Below the pieces are notes generated by a model. That model ran no database searches. It was not told where the DNA came from and was given only the letters and a program-made list of their open reading frames with translations. A program made the translations under genes and the position numbers. DNA of 64,000 nucleotides from Mayamaea pseudoterrestris. Its lineage: Eukaryota. The stretch lies in NCBI GenBank assembly GCA_027923505.1, contig BROI01000033.1:62001-126000 (forward strand). Direction: 5' to 3'. Below, piece by piece: positions 11,064 through 23,547 of this stretch (positions are counted from its first letter, which is position 1; each line of letters opens with the position of its first letter).

Positions 11064-12881
11064 TCAATTTTTACTCTTGATTGCATCGCGAATCTCTTTA
11101 AACCTTTGCACGCAATCTTTCTTGGTCTTGCCAGTAACGCCTTTCGCAATTGCAGCCCATCGCTCGTTCTTATCCATGGTGGCTGGAAACTTGCCAAGTC
11201 CATCTTGAAGTTGCTGATCTTGTTCGGTGCTCCAGTCATCGGGAGATGATGCAGCCGCGCCGTTGCCAGGAGACGCAGCCGCATTTGCACCATTAGGCTT
11301 CCCATTAGCAGCACCATTAGAAGGTTCCACCTTCGTCGACTGTCTCGCTACTTGATTGAACTTCTCTATACACTCTTCTTTCGTTCTCGGTATATCTTGC
11401 TGACACAGTGAGTTGATGTATGAGCATATTGTATCCCACCGATTAGCTCCGGCACCAGGATACTTCTTCACAGCCTTGGCAAGCGCCGATAGTTCGTGAC
11501 TTGTCCATGGATTAGTTTCTTTCCTGCTGCCATTAACATTTGCATTTGTTGCCGGACCATTGGCCAACGGACTCGATGTCTTTGATTCGTCGCACTCTGC
11601 GGCGTTTCCGTTTCCAGCCTTCTCGACATGCGTCTTTATAATGGCCAGACATTCAATGCCTTCTTTATTGTCAACGAGCTCGTTTAAAATTGTCAGTTCG
11701 TCCAATGACAAGATTGTACACAAAAGTTCAACGTCTTGCTCCATCTCGTATTGATCTTTATATAAACCGTTCTCTCGAAATGAATTGCTGCTTGTCCGCC
11801 GAAGTAGTTGTCGAGCTTTGCGCAAATGCTTTTTCTGTTGCTCGCGCTCAAGTTTCTCCTGTTGTTTCGCCAGCTTTTCGGCTTCCATATCAGCTTCGGC
11901 TTGTTGCTGTTTTAATATTTCCTCCTGTCGTTTTCGCTCCTCCTCTTCTATCCTATCCTGCTTTGCCTTTTCTTTGGCTTCTCGCTCAGCCTGTTTTTCC
12001 AATCGTAGCCGAGGGTCTGCGTCCATGGCACGTTCAACTAGCAGCTGAATCCGATTCAGTTCCGCCTTTTTCAATTGCTTGGCTCGTTTGTCAACCTGCT
12101 GTTGGATCCACCGCTTCTCGTAGCGCGATTCGGCATTCTCCAAGTCATTTTCAACCTCCAGCTCATCGGCAGCTTGCGCCGAAAAGTCTCGCCATGATTC
12201 AAAGTGAATCCAGTATTCGTAAAAGGAGTGAACCTCAATCATTGGAGTGTTGGCGTCGCCTAGTTGTGGTGGTTTGGAAAGTTGAAATGACTTTCGCTTG
12301 GCAGACGTTTTCGCTTTGGACTGAATATCAGGCCGCAATCGAGCATCGAATCGTAGATTGCGTTCAAAAATTGGCCCAAACAATCCGTAAAAGTCATCGT
12401 CAGTGTACATGAGTGCTGCATCGGCGAGGAGTTTCTCACGAGGCGGAGGGACGGTCTCGTCAAAAAATAGAACCGTACTGTCGTAAGCCTGCAGGAAGAA
12501 AACGATGTCAGTGACATAATCAAATCAGTCACTCGCATTCCACACAATCAAAACGCAGCAACCACGTTTACTGTTACAAGTCATTGCTTTAAATATACAT
12601 GACGATGCCAAATTACGTACCTGTCGTTTCACAGGGTCCATCAAATGATCATAGGCGCGCTTGACAGCCAAAAACACATAGTCCTCTTGCCCCCGTCCAG
12701 TCTTATCGGGATGATACTTTAACGAAGACTTGCGATAGGCCTTCTTGACTTGGTCAGGTGTCGCATGGTGCGGAACGTTTAGTATTTCGTAATGAGTGAG
12801 CTTGTTATCGTCCATCAACTCATCCTCCGTGTAGTCAAAAAGACTTGCCGGCTTTCCATCAGTGTCATCCGATGGAGGCAT
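11064..12881 (-). CDS. DNAJC2: zuotin/MPP11-type J protein with two C-terminal SANT/Myb domains; intron 12620-12489; true start may lie upstream
   Basis: J domain HYEILNV...AYRKSSLKYHPDK; zuotin region FYEYWIHFESWRDFS, AESRYEKRWI, AMDADPR; SANT domains WTSHELSALAKAVKKYP..RWDTI and WSTEQDQQLQ..RWAAIAKGV.GKTKKDC. Confidence 0.92.
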
Positions 12882-13268
12882 GACGAGACAGTTATACCCT
12901 TGGGAAACAAGCAAATTGATAGAGTAATGAGCGAGTGTTTAGAGACGGCAAGATGATGTTTCTCATTGTTCACCTTCCGACGACGAAACGATTGGTGGTC
13001 GAAAGTTCTGTGCGTACGCGCTGTCGGTCCGGTACCCCAGACTACCAGTCCGACGTTATGAAACTTTGCTCTCACTGTCACACCATTTTGACTTTATGGT
13101 ATATAGCAGGTACCTGCAAAGGATGTGGTGGGTGCAATTAGTTTGAGTCTAGAAAAAAATTAATCATTTTGTATGCTGCCCATGTAGCCCATGGAGAGTT
13201 ATTTGCAGCAACCTAAGACCTCTTGTCTAGCTAGTCATCTCGCCGAGCGCGACACCATGGGAGATTTC

Positions 13269-14338
13269 CTACAAGAGTTGCTGTTCAGAAGCTTTGCCAT
13301 TGCTCCGCTCAAAATCGTCCAAGCCGGGGCCATAGACATACTGATCCCAAAAGTTTCGCTTCTGTTCATATGTCCACCGAGTAGCAGCCGGCGATACTGC
13401 CAACGCGCAAACTAGCGCAACCTTTCGCTGCTGCTCAACTCTATCATTGTCATTCCCAGCGCTACAATACTTTCCAAAAACATTGATGGAGCCTTCATGC
13501 TGTAATGGAACCAATTCTCCCGACGCCAGCCATTCCCGAAAATGTTTGACAAACAACTTGCATCCAGTGCTGCCGTTTGCGAAAACAATGCGCCGAATGG
13601 ATGGGTGCGCCTGGACAAACGTTTGAATGTCGTTCGGAATTTCCTTTCTGATATCTTGATCCAAGGATCCTGGCCGCTCGCAGCTTTGTACAACGTCCCA
13701 TAGACAGAAACCTTTGGCGACGAATCGTTCTAGTTGCTCGGAATATGGAATAATTGTTTCGTGGCGAAGATGCGCTGCAAACGCGTAGGGTTTGTTGCTG
13801 GATGGAGACACTGCCTCCTTTCGTCGAAAGCCGAGACAGTCGCCAACGATCCACCAAAAGGCGCTGGAAATGGTAAAATGAAGAAGTAGTCATGTGAGGA
13901 ATCGTGAAGATAATAAGCCGCTTTGCAGAGTGCATTAACCACAAGCATTACTACTTACTTCATGTCATGTCCAAAATATTCATGTCGTTCCAAACTCGCA
14001 ATGGATGGATGCGTGCCGAGAATGAGCGTGTGTGGTTCGGTTGGACGTAAACAATCGGGTAGCAACGTAGAATGCAGCAAGACCCCAAAGGATTCCGTCC
14101 GACGAGTCCTGGCAATCGCTTGTTTCTTTAATTTGGGAGAGCCTTCGTTGGATGAAGAGTCTGGAGTGACTCGTCTCACTTGTTTTGTCCGACTACGAGG
14201 AGGGGTATCAAGTGATGTGCTGCTGGTCGTTGCTACAAACGAGCTGGCGGAACGAGGAAGCGACGATGTTGCTATCATTGTCGCTGTCGCAGAAACAATG
14301 CGGGTTGAGCGTCGTAATGAAGTTGTCTTGCTACTCAT
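13269..14338 (-). CDS. uracil-DNA-glycosylase superfamily protein, family 6 (hypoxanthine/deoxyinosine DNA glycosylase-like); intron 13958-13864
   Basis: Spliced product LILGTHPSIASLERHEYFGHDMNAFWW; LWDVVQSCERPGSLDQDI; IVFANG; AVSPAA; basic low-complexity N-terminal extension. Confidence 0.8.
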
Positions 14339-14619
14339 AACTCGTCTATGACCAAAATAGGTGCAGCAGTTCGAAATTGTTGTGGTTGCGAAAGATCAAA
14401 ATGAAGGGAAAGAAATCGAGGCGCGGCGGCGATCAGCGCGCGGTGGTGGTTGGCGCAGCGGCACTGAAAAGAATTCATCAGAAACGGAGCGACATCAATG
14501 AAAGCAGGATCAGCGACAACTATGGAGGATCTTTCGCCATCGGAACTGCAAATCTGTCTGCCTTACCGCAAGTGTTTCCTAGACTAGTAGCAAAGGCAAC
14601 CTAAATAAACATAGTGGTC

Positions 14620-15585
14620 ATGCTTGCATCAAGAGTATGCATCGCATCACGACGCATAATGGCAGTTTCGCAGCGCAGCTTTCTGACTCGAACACTGCCA
14701 GTTCTTGCCGACAAGAAGGACTTGCCCTATCACTTGGTCATGGGCCTTCCGGCTCTGTCGCCTACCATGGAAACGGGAGTCTTGGCCGAGTGGTATGTGC
14801 AGGAAGGAGACAAGTTTAGTGCTGGAGATGTGAGTAATAAGTGAAAGAGTCGACCGTTTCAGTGGGAGCAGCCGAGCAGCTGCTTGTCGATTCCCAGACG
14901 GTGGCCTATTATTTGCAGTTACAGTCAATTCGTTCGCATTCACTACTCAAGTGATTGATGAAAAACGGCGACGAACCTTTTTGCCTATAAGTATGACATT
15001 GCGGAATGTCATGTCAACCGAAAGCACGCAAACGAACCAGTAATCAATCTGATCTCATCCTTTTCTTTCCTATTATCCATTTAGGCCATTGCAAAGATTG
15101 AGACTGACAAGGCATCCATAGATTTCGAAGCCCAAGACGATGCCTATGTTGCCAAGATCCTCGTTGAAGCTGGTAGCGGCAATGACATCAAATGTGGAAC
15201 GCCCATTTTGATCACGGTCGACGAAGAAGCTGATGTCGCAGCCTTTAAGGATTATGAGCTACCTGCGCAAGCGGAAACTCCGGCACCTGCTGCTGCAAAA
15301 GTAGAGGAACCGGTCAAGGAGGCTGAAGCTCCAGCTCCTGTGACACCGGAACCAGTCAAGGCAGCTCCACCAGCCGCAGCAGCTGCACCCACTCCTTCCC
15401 CGCCGCCAAAGGAGGCTCCATCTGTGGCGACTGCTTCAGTTGCACCTCCCCCGAAAGCAACTCCATCAGCTCCTTCCTCCTTTCGACCGACCATGAACCC
15501 CGCATCGGCACTGCGCAAGTCACTTGGCAAGTCGCAGCAAAGCTACATTGATCGTTTTGGAACGACTGGTCAACAGCCAGTGTAA
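14620..15585 (+). CDS. mitochondrial stand-alone lipoyl-domain protein (PDH E2/E3BP-like lipoyl domain + Ala/Pro linker); intron 14830-15084
   Basis: Mito-like leader; LPALSPTMETG...W.VQEGDKFSAGD|AIAKIETDKASIDFEAQDD; Ala/Pro-rich linker then stop, with no acyltransferase domain. Confidence 0.85.
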
Positions 15586-15946
15586 AGAGGCGCGCCTTGT
15601 TAGATGAAGCTATATGAGATAAACGTTAAACAATATTAATTGATCTTTTTCAAAAAATGATGAATACGCATGTGGGCTTGAATAGCATATGTGATGACTA
15701 TTATACTTCCGCCAATAACGTTCGTTGTCCATATGACTAATGGAACGAAAAGGCAATACAGCCACTGCCCGATTAGTAGCATTCTATTGCGAGATATATC
15801 GCCAGGAATGGCGCGGCAAGGTCTGAAAGTCGCTGATAGTGCAGTAGTCGAATGCTCTGGTTTGGACGGTCGACTTGCCTGGCATGGCGGCACACTCATT
15901 CCTCGTTACTTGTTGCACTCAATGCTGCCACCAATCAACGGCCTCA

Positions 15947-16537
15947 CTATCCGGGAACCGGCTTGTCAAAGTATCGCTGAACTATAAATGGCAGCTCCCA
16001 TCGTTGCAGCTCTCTCACAAACTCGGGCTCTTCCTTTGTCGTCTCCAGCAGTTTCAGTCGAGCCCAAACTGGCTCCTTCGGTTGCAGCTGCTTGGTGTAG
16101 GCCCGCCACAGCAACGGGCGATGCTCCTGGACCTGTTGCAAATGGTTTAGTACCGTTTGACGCTTAAACTCGGCGTGCAGCTCCTTCATGACTTCGGGTC
16201 GTTCCCAAATGCTTTCGCCAGGTCGAAGTTGATCTTTGAAGCGAGGAGCGTTCCACAAGTTTGGATTCGTCTGATGGACTTGTTGTTCGAATCGAAGTCG
16301 TTGTTTCTGAATATGCTCCTTCCGAAAAGCTTCTAGTTCAGCTGCTGATTGCAGTCCGTGGCTATCGGTTCCTTGGTGATTCAAAATGCTGTCAAAGCTG
16401 GTGGAAACGCTGCTGCAAGGAATTGCAACTGCTGATTGACCATTGTCGGCTGAACCCGGCATGCAGCGGGTCGAATTGCATTCAGATAGGCTAGCTGATA
16501 TGAAAAGAGATCTTAGTGATCGAGACAATATCGTCAT
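15947..16537 (-). CDS. hypothetical protein
   Basis: ~196-aa ATG-started ORF with protein-like charged helical C-half; no known motif. Confidence 0.55.
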   Translation of the reverse strand: MTILSRSLRSLFISASLSECNSTRCMPGSADNGQSAVAIPCSSVSTSFDSILNHQGTDSHGLQSAAELEAFRKEHIQKQRLRFEQQVHQTNPNLWNAPRFKDQLRPGESIWERPEVMKELHAEFKRQTVLNHLQQVQEHRPLLWRAYTKQLQPKEPVWARLKLLETTKEEPEFVRELQRWELPFIVQRYFDKPVPG

Positions 16538-16841
16538 GGTTCTTCTTGCAGAATGATGACTGTGTAGTTGTGAGGACGACAACGAATTAAGAGCATTGTC
16601 GAATCGGTGAAGTGGATCTACTCGTGAAGTATCTTTGAAACGTCATCTAGTCTTTTCAATTGTGTAAACTGACGACGTCATCCGTTTCTCGACGAACGTC
16701 ATTGCGCCGCGCCAAGTGCTTCCACGTGAAGCGTGCTCGGACGGCGCAGCCATTGCTTTCTTCTCCGCGCACTCTCGTCTCACAACATTCGACCTCACGA
16801 GACTATTCTTGTTTGACTACCATAGCAAGACTCTACGTAAC

Positions 16842-18162
16842 ATGTTTGGCGGAATCCCATTTGAACATTTTGCGCATGGCGGCGGCATGCCGCGTCGCCA
16901 AGCGGCTCCAGCGGAGGCGGCCGACACCACCAAGCTGTACGAGTTGCTGGAAATTCCAAAGACGGCCACCCAGAAGGAAATTAAAAAGGCGTACTTTCGC
17001 ATGAGCAAGATTCATCATCCCGACAAGGGAGGTGACGAACACTTGTTCAAGGAGATTAGTGCAGCTTACGAAATTTTGAGTGATCCGGAGAAGCGCGAAA
17101 AGTACGACAAGTATGGGCTTGAAGGAGTCGCCGACGATAACGTTTCGGCCGCTGGAGGAGAGGACTTGTTTAGCATGTTTTTCGGTGGTGGCGGCGGTGG
17201 TCGACGAAGTGGTCCGCGCAAGGGTCCGTCGGTGAATCACCCATTGGCTGTCAGTTTGGAGGATTTGTACAATGGCAAGACTGTCAAGCTGGCAGTGAAC
17301 CGCAAGGTTATTACTGGAGATGTCGTTGAATGCTCCTCATGCCATGGGCAAGGCATGCGCGTCGAAATTCGACAGATTGCGCCTGGCATGGTGACGCAAA
17401 TGCAGCGGCAATGCAGCGCCTGTGGCGGACAAGGACGATCGGCTCCGCAGAAGAATGAGCGCAAGGTCTTGGAGGTGCACATTGAAAAGGGCATGCAGCA
17501 CAATGAGAAGATTGTCTTTCGAGAAATGGCGGACGAAATGCCTGGCGTGGAAACTGGAGACGTCAACTTTATTATTCAAGAAAAGGATCATGCCTTGTTC
17601 AAGCGAAAGGGTGCCGACTTGCTCGTCACGAAGGAGGTTTCCTTGAACCAAGCGCTCTGCGGATGGACGGTACGTGTACATTTGTTGGTCATTTTTCTGC
17701 AATTTGTATTGCTAGCTCTAACTTTTACTGCATGTTTTCAATATTTAGTGGAAATTTACTCACTTGGACGGCCGCGAGATTTGCGTCAAGACCCGACCCG
17801 GTCAAATCATTCAGTGCGAAACGACGGACCCCGAATCGGGACGAACACTTCCATATATCACAATGGTCAAGGACGAAGGCATGCCAAGTCGAGGCAATCC
17901 CTTTGTCAAGGGCAGCTTGTACATTGCCTTTCATGTCAAGTTTCCAAAGAAGCTTTCCAGTAATCAGATTGAAACTCTGCGCGAGATTCTTCCAGATGCT
18001 GATGTCATGCCCGATTATGATCCGGAACACGTTGAGGAGCATTTCATGGACATGGCCGACTTGCGACACTTTGGCAAGGGAGGAGCAGCTGCGCATTCCA
18101 ACGAATATGACAGTGACGAAGAGGGCAACGGACAACAAGGAGTGCAATGCCAGCAGAGCTAG
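16842..18162 (+). CDS. DnaJ/Hsp40 type I-like (DNAJA/Ydj1) co-chaperone; intron 17670-17748
   Basis: J domain with HHPDKGGD; G/F region; CSSCHGQG and CSACGGQG; DnaJ_C (GDVNFII, THLDGR, EGMP); C-terminal CaaX CQQS. Confidence 0.93.
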
Positions 18163-18466
18163 GCTGGCGTAGGGTATTATAAGTGATTTTGAGTATGATT
18201 TAAAAGAATTGCTGTAGTTTAAATGTTGATAATAACGAGTATATATTCTTGGCAATCTTCGGGCGCTATCGTATCGCCGCGGTAGGAAATCTTCGAACCA
18301 GTCACAGTTCGATTTGGGTGAAAAGTCGTAGTGAGACCCGCTGCGACCTCTTAAATGACCGGAAAAGACTTCGACCATGCGCATTTGCGTCGGCACGAGC
18401 AGATCAAGATATCCGCTGCCGGAATAGCATTCACTGCAGGCAATCAGCATAGTATATACACCAGCC

Positions 18467-20971
18467 ATGGTCCAAATCGCCAACAAGCTGGAAGAGCGCG
18501 ATCCATTGGTCCGCATTGCCAAGCTTGGCAGTAGCAGCAACAAGTCCACGGATGCTTCCTCCGCTTCGAAAAAGTACTTTTACATGCTTGCATTCCTAGT
18601 CTTGATAATAGGAACGATAATGAGCAAAACATCCAAACAACAATCAACTGCGATATCGTCGACCAATCGAGCGATTGACAAGACGACCACTGATTCTCTG
18701 CTTCCAGCAAGCGAGGACGATGAGACGGATGACATTGGGCAATCGACAGTTCAGCAGCAAGACAATCAAGCTGCAGAATCATCCGGAGACGATGGCGGCG
18801 GCGGCGGCGAAGCTGAAATTAGCGATAATGATGCAGGAGAAGCTGATACTACGACTGATGATGACGAAAACGATGACGAAACGATTGACAATGAGGACGA
18901 TGGCGCCGACGAAGAGATTGATGAGACTCCTGCCGATGAAACAGCGAGTGAGAAGGATGAGACTCCTATCGAAAATATAGTGAGTGAGAATGATGAGATT
19001 CCTGCCGAAGAAACAACGGGTGAGACTGTCGATGACGCAGCGAGCGAAACGGAAGAATCACCACCAGCAGCCATGCCATCATCTCTTCCCGGCCCTGCTG
19101 AAGATTGGGCTTGGATAATAGAACACGAAATTATTCCGCCGCTACGTGTCACCGACTTTTCGCTTCCAAAGTTACTGGAGCAATTCCAGCAGGCTCGCCA
19201 GAACATGTACGAGCAAATGGAGCGCGACTATGGCGCCGAAACGTTCAAGGCAATGTTTCTTCGCGAGGGAGACGTTTCCGTCGGTCGCACCGCTTTAGAG
19301 TCTCCGCACCATCTGTCGCGCGCTCGCATCACGCGAAAAATGGTCATGAAGATATTGCAGGTGCAGACGCAAATGCAGGCGGTGGAGCAAAACAATCAAC
19401 GAATGTTGCGAGTTGGAGGGCGAGACTTGCAAACGGAAGACGATGCTCAACCCCTCATGATACCCTTTGTTTGGGCCACGAGTGGGCACAGCTCGGCGGC
19501 TGGACATGGCAATTACTACAATGAATCTTACACGGCGCAGCTTGAACGCATGGGTGTGCAAGTCTTTGAAGCGGTGGGCTTGCACTTGGTCGGACGCAAC
19601 TTTGCAATGGGTGGTACACTGAGTGGAATGGAGGTGGGGTCCTGTGTGGATCAAATCTATGGTTTTGATATCGACGTATTGAGTTGGGACTTTGGGATGG
19701 TAAGTAATCCTTGTAGGTTGCCTGTGTTTTTTTGTCACACACTTGAGCAAACGATTCGCGGAAGCTAACCTACTTTCTTTATGCAATAGACTGATGGTCG
19801 AGCTCTCGGAATCTTTGAAAACTTCTTCAGTCACGCTGCCATGCATTTAAATCGCCCCGCCATGGTCGCTCTGAATGCCAATGGACGATTTGATCTTGTT
19901 GGCCAGCTCGAGGAGAATGGCTTGCCAATTATGTACATGTCCGAACCAGAGGTTAAAAAAGTCTTTGAAGCAGTTCCTGATACTCTCGGGCGGACGCAGG
20001 AACAGATTGATGAAATGCCACTTATTGTTCGAAACTTTAAGTGCGACAACAAGATTGAGGTGGGCGACCCGGGCTGCGCTGACTTGAAGTTCACGCCGGA
20101 CCATTGTCCAGATCGCAAGTTTAGAACAAGCTGGCATCCTGGGTGGAGATGGCATCTTACCTTTGGTAACATCATCGCTTTAACCTTGACGGAGATGCTC
20201 GAAGACGCCTTGAAGTATCTCATGGAACGAGAAGCATATACAGTTCCGGAGCTTCTTAGCCAATTGCGGGCAGAAGAAGTGGAGGAATTCCAAAATTTTA
20301 CAAACAGCGATATCTTAACCCCCGGCAAGACTGACATTGTGTCGGAAGACCAGCTGAATGGTCTTGATATGCGAACACTTCTGCGGTCGAAACCTATTTG
20401 TCGAACATGTCGTCTGCCAGCCATGGCGCGGTATCTGGGATTGATGACCGAGACAACCCCTGGTGATATGTTTCATTACCCAATGGGATCTAGTTATGAA
20501 GAAGCGACATCGCAAGCCAACGAACAGAGCATGATGCGGCTTGTCTGGGAGGCAAAAGATCGGCAGCAATGCGAAGTGCCCTTGAACCAAGATTTCAAGG
20601 ACTACTACATGGTCACGGCTCAAGATGGTTGGCAATCGCTCATTATTCCAAATGACAGGGAAGCCGATTACTATAAAGCGAGCGATCCATATAAGGGCAT
20701 AGTGATGGTGACGATGCCAATATGTGATTGGGGCAATTGCCCCGCAGGTGCTATAAGAGAAGATGGCTATGCGTCGGGTAGTCTGGAGATGACAGTTAAC
20801 GGTGTGAAGGTGACTAATGCGACTGTTGCATGGGGGAGTCACTTTCTGCGGCACGGGGACGGGGAGGTGATTTTTCCGCCTAACGACCAAGGTCGCTTCG
20901 AGATAAAAGTCAGGGTGAATGGAGACACTACGGCGAACCATGCAAGGTTTAGCACCTTTACCATCTGGTGA
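18467..20971 (+). CDS. type II membrane protein with acidic stalk and SGNH/GDSL-like motifs, paralog 2; intron 19700-19789
   Basis: TM FYMLAFLVLIIGTIM; Asp/Glu-rich stalk; SGHSSAAGHGNYYNESY, NFAMGG, WDFGM|TDG, WHPGW; C-terminus FSTFTIW matches paralog LSTIVVW. Confidence 0.82.
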
Positions 20972-21098
20972 ACTAAGTTCTTTAATTACATCTATATTGC
21001 AACGCTGCTCAACCTTAGTCAGAGTACTGTACTGTGTCTCTCTTAACCGCGCATATAATTGTGACTACGTAGCTCATGTCATCTTCTTCAATTTTGAA

Positions 21099-23068
21099 TT
21101 ATCGTAACATGGGAGCGTACGAGTGTGCATGCTTTTCACCGGGGAGCAAAGGTCGCACTGTATTCGGTTGTCGTGTCAGGCAGAGAACTCGCTCCCAAGT
21201 GCGTCCGTGCGGATCCATGTGACGAGGGCTCGTCTTCACCATTTCGGGTATGGGCAGCCACACCATGCGATTGTTGCAGAGGCCAACGGAGAAGCCGGTA
21301 AAGCCGGCCATGGCGCCATGAACAGCATTTTGAGCAAGCTGCATGCAGTATAGGCTGTCAGCGGCATTTGCAGGGACGGATCGAACAGTGTACGACGGGT
21401 CAATGTATTTGACTGCGATTGAGAATTCAAGCACGTCAAAAAGTAAGTGATTGATGCATCCCGCCTGCTTTCAATCCAAAAATATGATTTAATAACAACC
21501 ACTTACCTGTAGCGGTTTCTCCATGCTTTGTAAAGTAATCTTCGACGGCTTTCTTCAAAAATTCGCCAATCTTGGGTAATTTCTTGTTGCCGCTCGCGTC
21601 AGTCTCTGCAGACTTTCCCAGCAGTTCTTCGCCGGCTGTACTTGCAGACAAATAGACAGTTAGCTGTATGATTGATACCGACAACAGAATGCGAGCATTA
21701 TTGGTTATTCCCTTTACTTACCTCCCTCAGCACATACGATAACGGCATAGCCTTGTTGTTTCACGCGTCTCATCAGATGCGGCAAACAACCATTTTCTCC
21801 TTCCAGCTCAATTGGCACTTCGGGAACCAGACACAAGTCTACATCTGAACTCGCCATGGTTGCATGCGATGCAATGAACCCACTGGATCGCCCCATGAGC
21901 TTAACGATTCCAATGCCATTGGGAATGTTGCAGACCGCTTCCGTCTTGGCGGATCGAATGGCCACTTGCGCTGCTTCCACGGCACTACTAAACCCAAACG
22001 AGTGGTCAATGTAGTCGACATCGTTGTCAATCGTCTTTGGAATTCCGGCCACCGAGACGTTCAGACCTTGCTCCATGCAACCTTCATGAATAGCAAAGGC
22101 ACCCCGATGAGTTCCATCGCCGCCAATCACGTAGAGCTGACATACGTTCTTCTCCTTCAAGAACTTGATAATCTTTGGTAAATCAAATCCGCCCCGACTG
22201 GATCCCAAGCAGGTGCCACCGATATGATGAATATCTTCAACGACGGCTGGCGTCAAAATGATGGGTTGAAGGTGAGGGCTCGTGTCGTAGAATCCGCGAT
22301 AACCGCCTTGAATGCCGTAGACATGACCCCCGATCCCATAAAGTTGATGCAGTGTTTTGGTGATCTCGCGAATGACATTGTTTAGACCGGGCTATGTGTG
22401 TATGGTTACGAGTTGAAATTATTTTGTGAGGTTCGCAATGAAGAACGAAGTCTTCCACCAGTTTCTCCACTTACACAAAGTCCTCCGCAAGTCACAATCG
22501 CTGCATTCACTTTCTTTGGATCAAAATGCAGTAGTTTTCGTGGACCGGCTCGCATATAACCGACAGTACTCGGCACCATCCCAGGCTTCCTCACAATTTC
22601 ACTCAAAATGAGTTGATTGTCGGTAATTAACTTGTTATACTCGGCACCCCGAACTGTTACAATTTCATCGTGAAAGGCATCAATGGTCGACGACGAAACG
22701 ACGCGTCGCAGCATGGGCGATCGAATCACGCCAGTATACTCGACAGCCTTGTTTTCCATGCGATTCTCCACTTGGGCGGAAACGAAGCGCTTGCGCAAAT
22801 CTTCAATCACCCAAGCATAGACGCGGTCAATGGAAAATCCTTCGACAAGTACGCCACTGGGAGGTTCATCTTGCTCCGCGCGTGTTGTCGATTCCGAGGC
22901 TTTGAGAGATTGTTCCTGAAGATACTGCTGATAGCGAATCTGCTGGTGCTTGCGCTCCTCCAAGGTTCTGGTAATGGCGTAAGTTACAAAGGACGCCACT
23001 GCGGCGACTGCTATTGTGGCGATCGTCTGATCTATCTGGCTATTGTTGCTATTGTTATTAGAGCGCAT
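21099..23068 (-). CDS. PFK: ATP-dependent 6-phosphofructokinase (plant/protist group X type); introns 22474-22392, 21721-21636, 21506-21413
   Basis: RAGPR, AAIVTCGGLC|PGLNNVIR, GGTCLGSSRGG, IGGDGT, IPKTIDND, VKLMGRSSGFIA, AEG|AG, KYIDPSY; all three introns GT-AG and frame-restoring. Confidence 0.95.
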
Positions 23069-23226
23069 AATGATCTTGTATTGAATATGATCCTCACTGT
23101 GCTTGCCTCTGGAGCAAACTCGGAAGATTTAGCGGAAGAATCTGTTTGGACGTCGCTGTTGCGCGCCGCGGCGTCACGCTAGTACGATTCATCCAATCAG
23201 ATCGATGAAACCTGTTGGGCCTTTTT

Positions 23227-23363
23227 TCAAAGTTATTGGCACTACTGTTCGATGCACAGTGCCAAAAACTTTGATATCTTTCAAAGTTTTTGGCACTACT
23301 TATTCAGCCACAGTAAACAACCGTTGAAAATCAAAGTTATTGGACTACTCTTTGATCCACAGT
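23227..23363. repeat. short intergenic direct/inverted repeat cluster in the divergent PFK/FkbM upstream region
   Basis: TCAAAGTT(A/T)TTGG(C)ACTACT..CACAGT at 23227, 23281, 23331; perfect 17-bp inverted repeat 23258-23274 / 23281-23297. Confidence 0.75.
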
Positions 23364-23547
23364 TGTTACTTTTGCACGACCGCCATTGATAACCTCTACG
23401 ACATTAAGTGTATCGGTATCGGCAGCAATCGATCATCATTCACAACCAGCCATGGCATTGGCCTACGGTAATTTGATCCCGCATCAGCTAGCATTCAAAA
23501 GCTGCAGCCTCCATGTACAGTTACAATATATATAACTCATCTGCATC

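Noticed and set aside
18160..18162. Genome-wide TAG reassignment as the explanation for the in-frame stops
   Set aside because: TAG is the true terminator after the DNAJA CaaX (CQQS-TAG) and at the end of SGNH paralog 1, matching the TGA end of paralog 2
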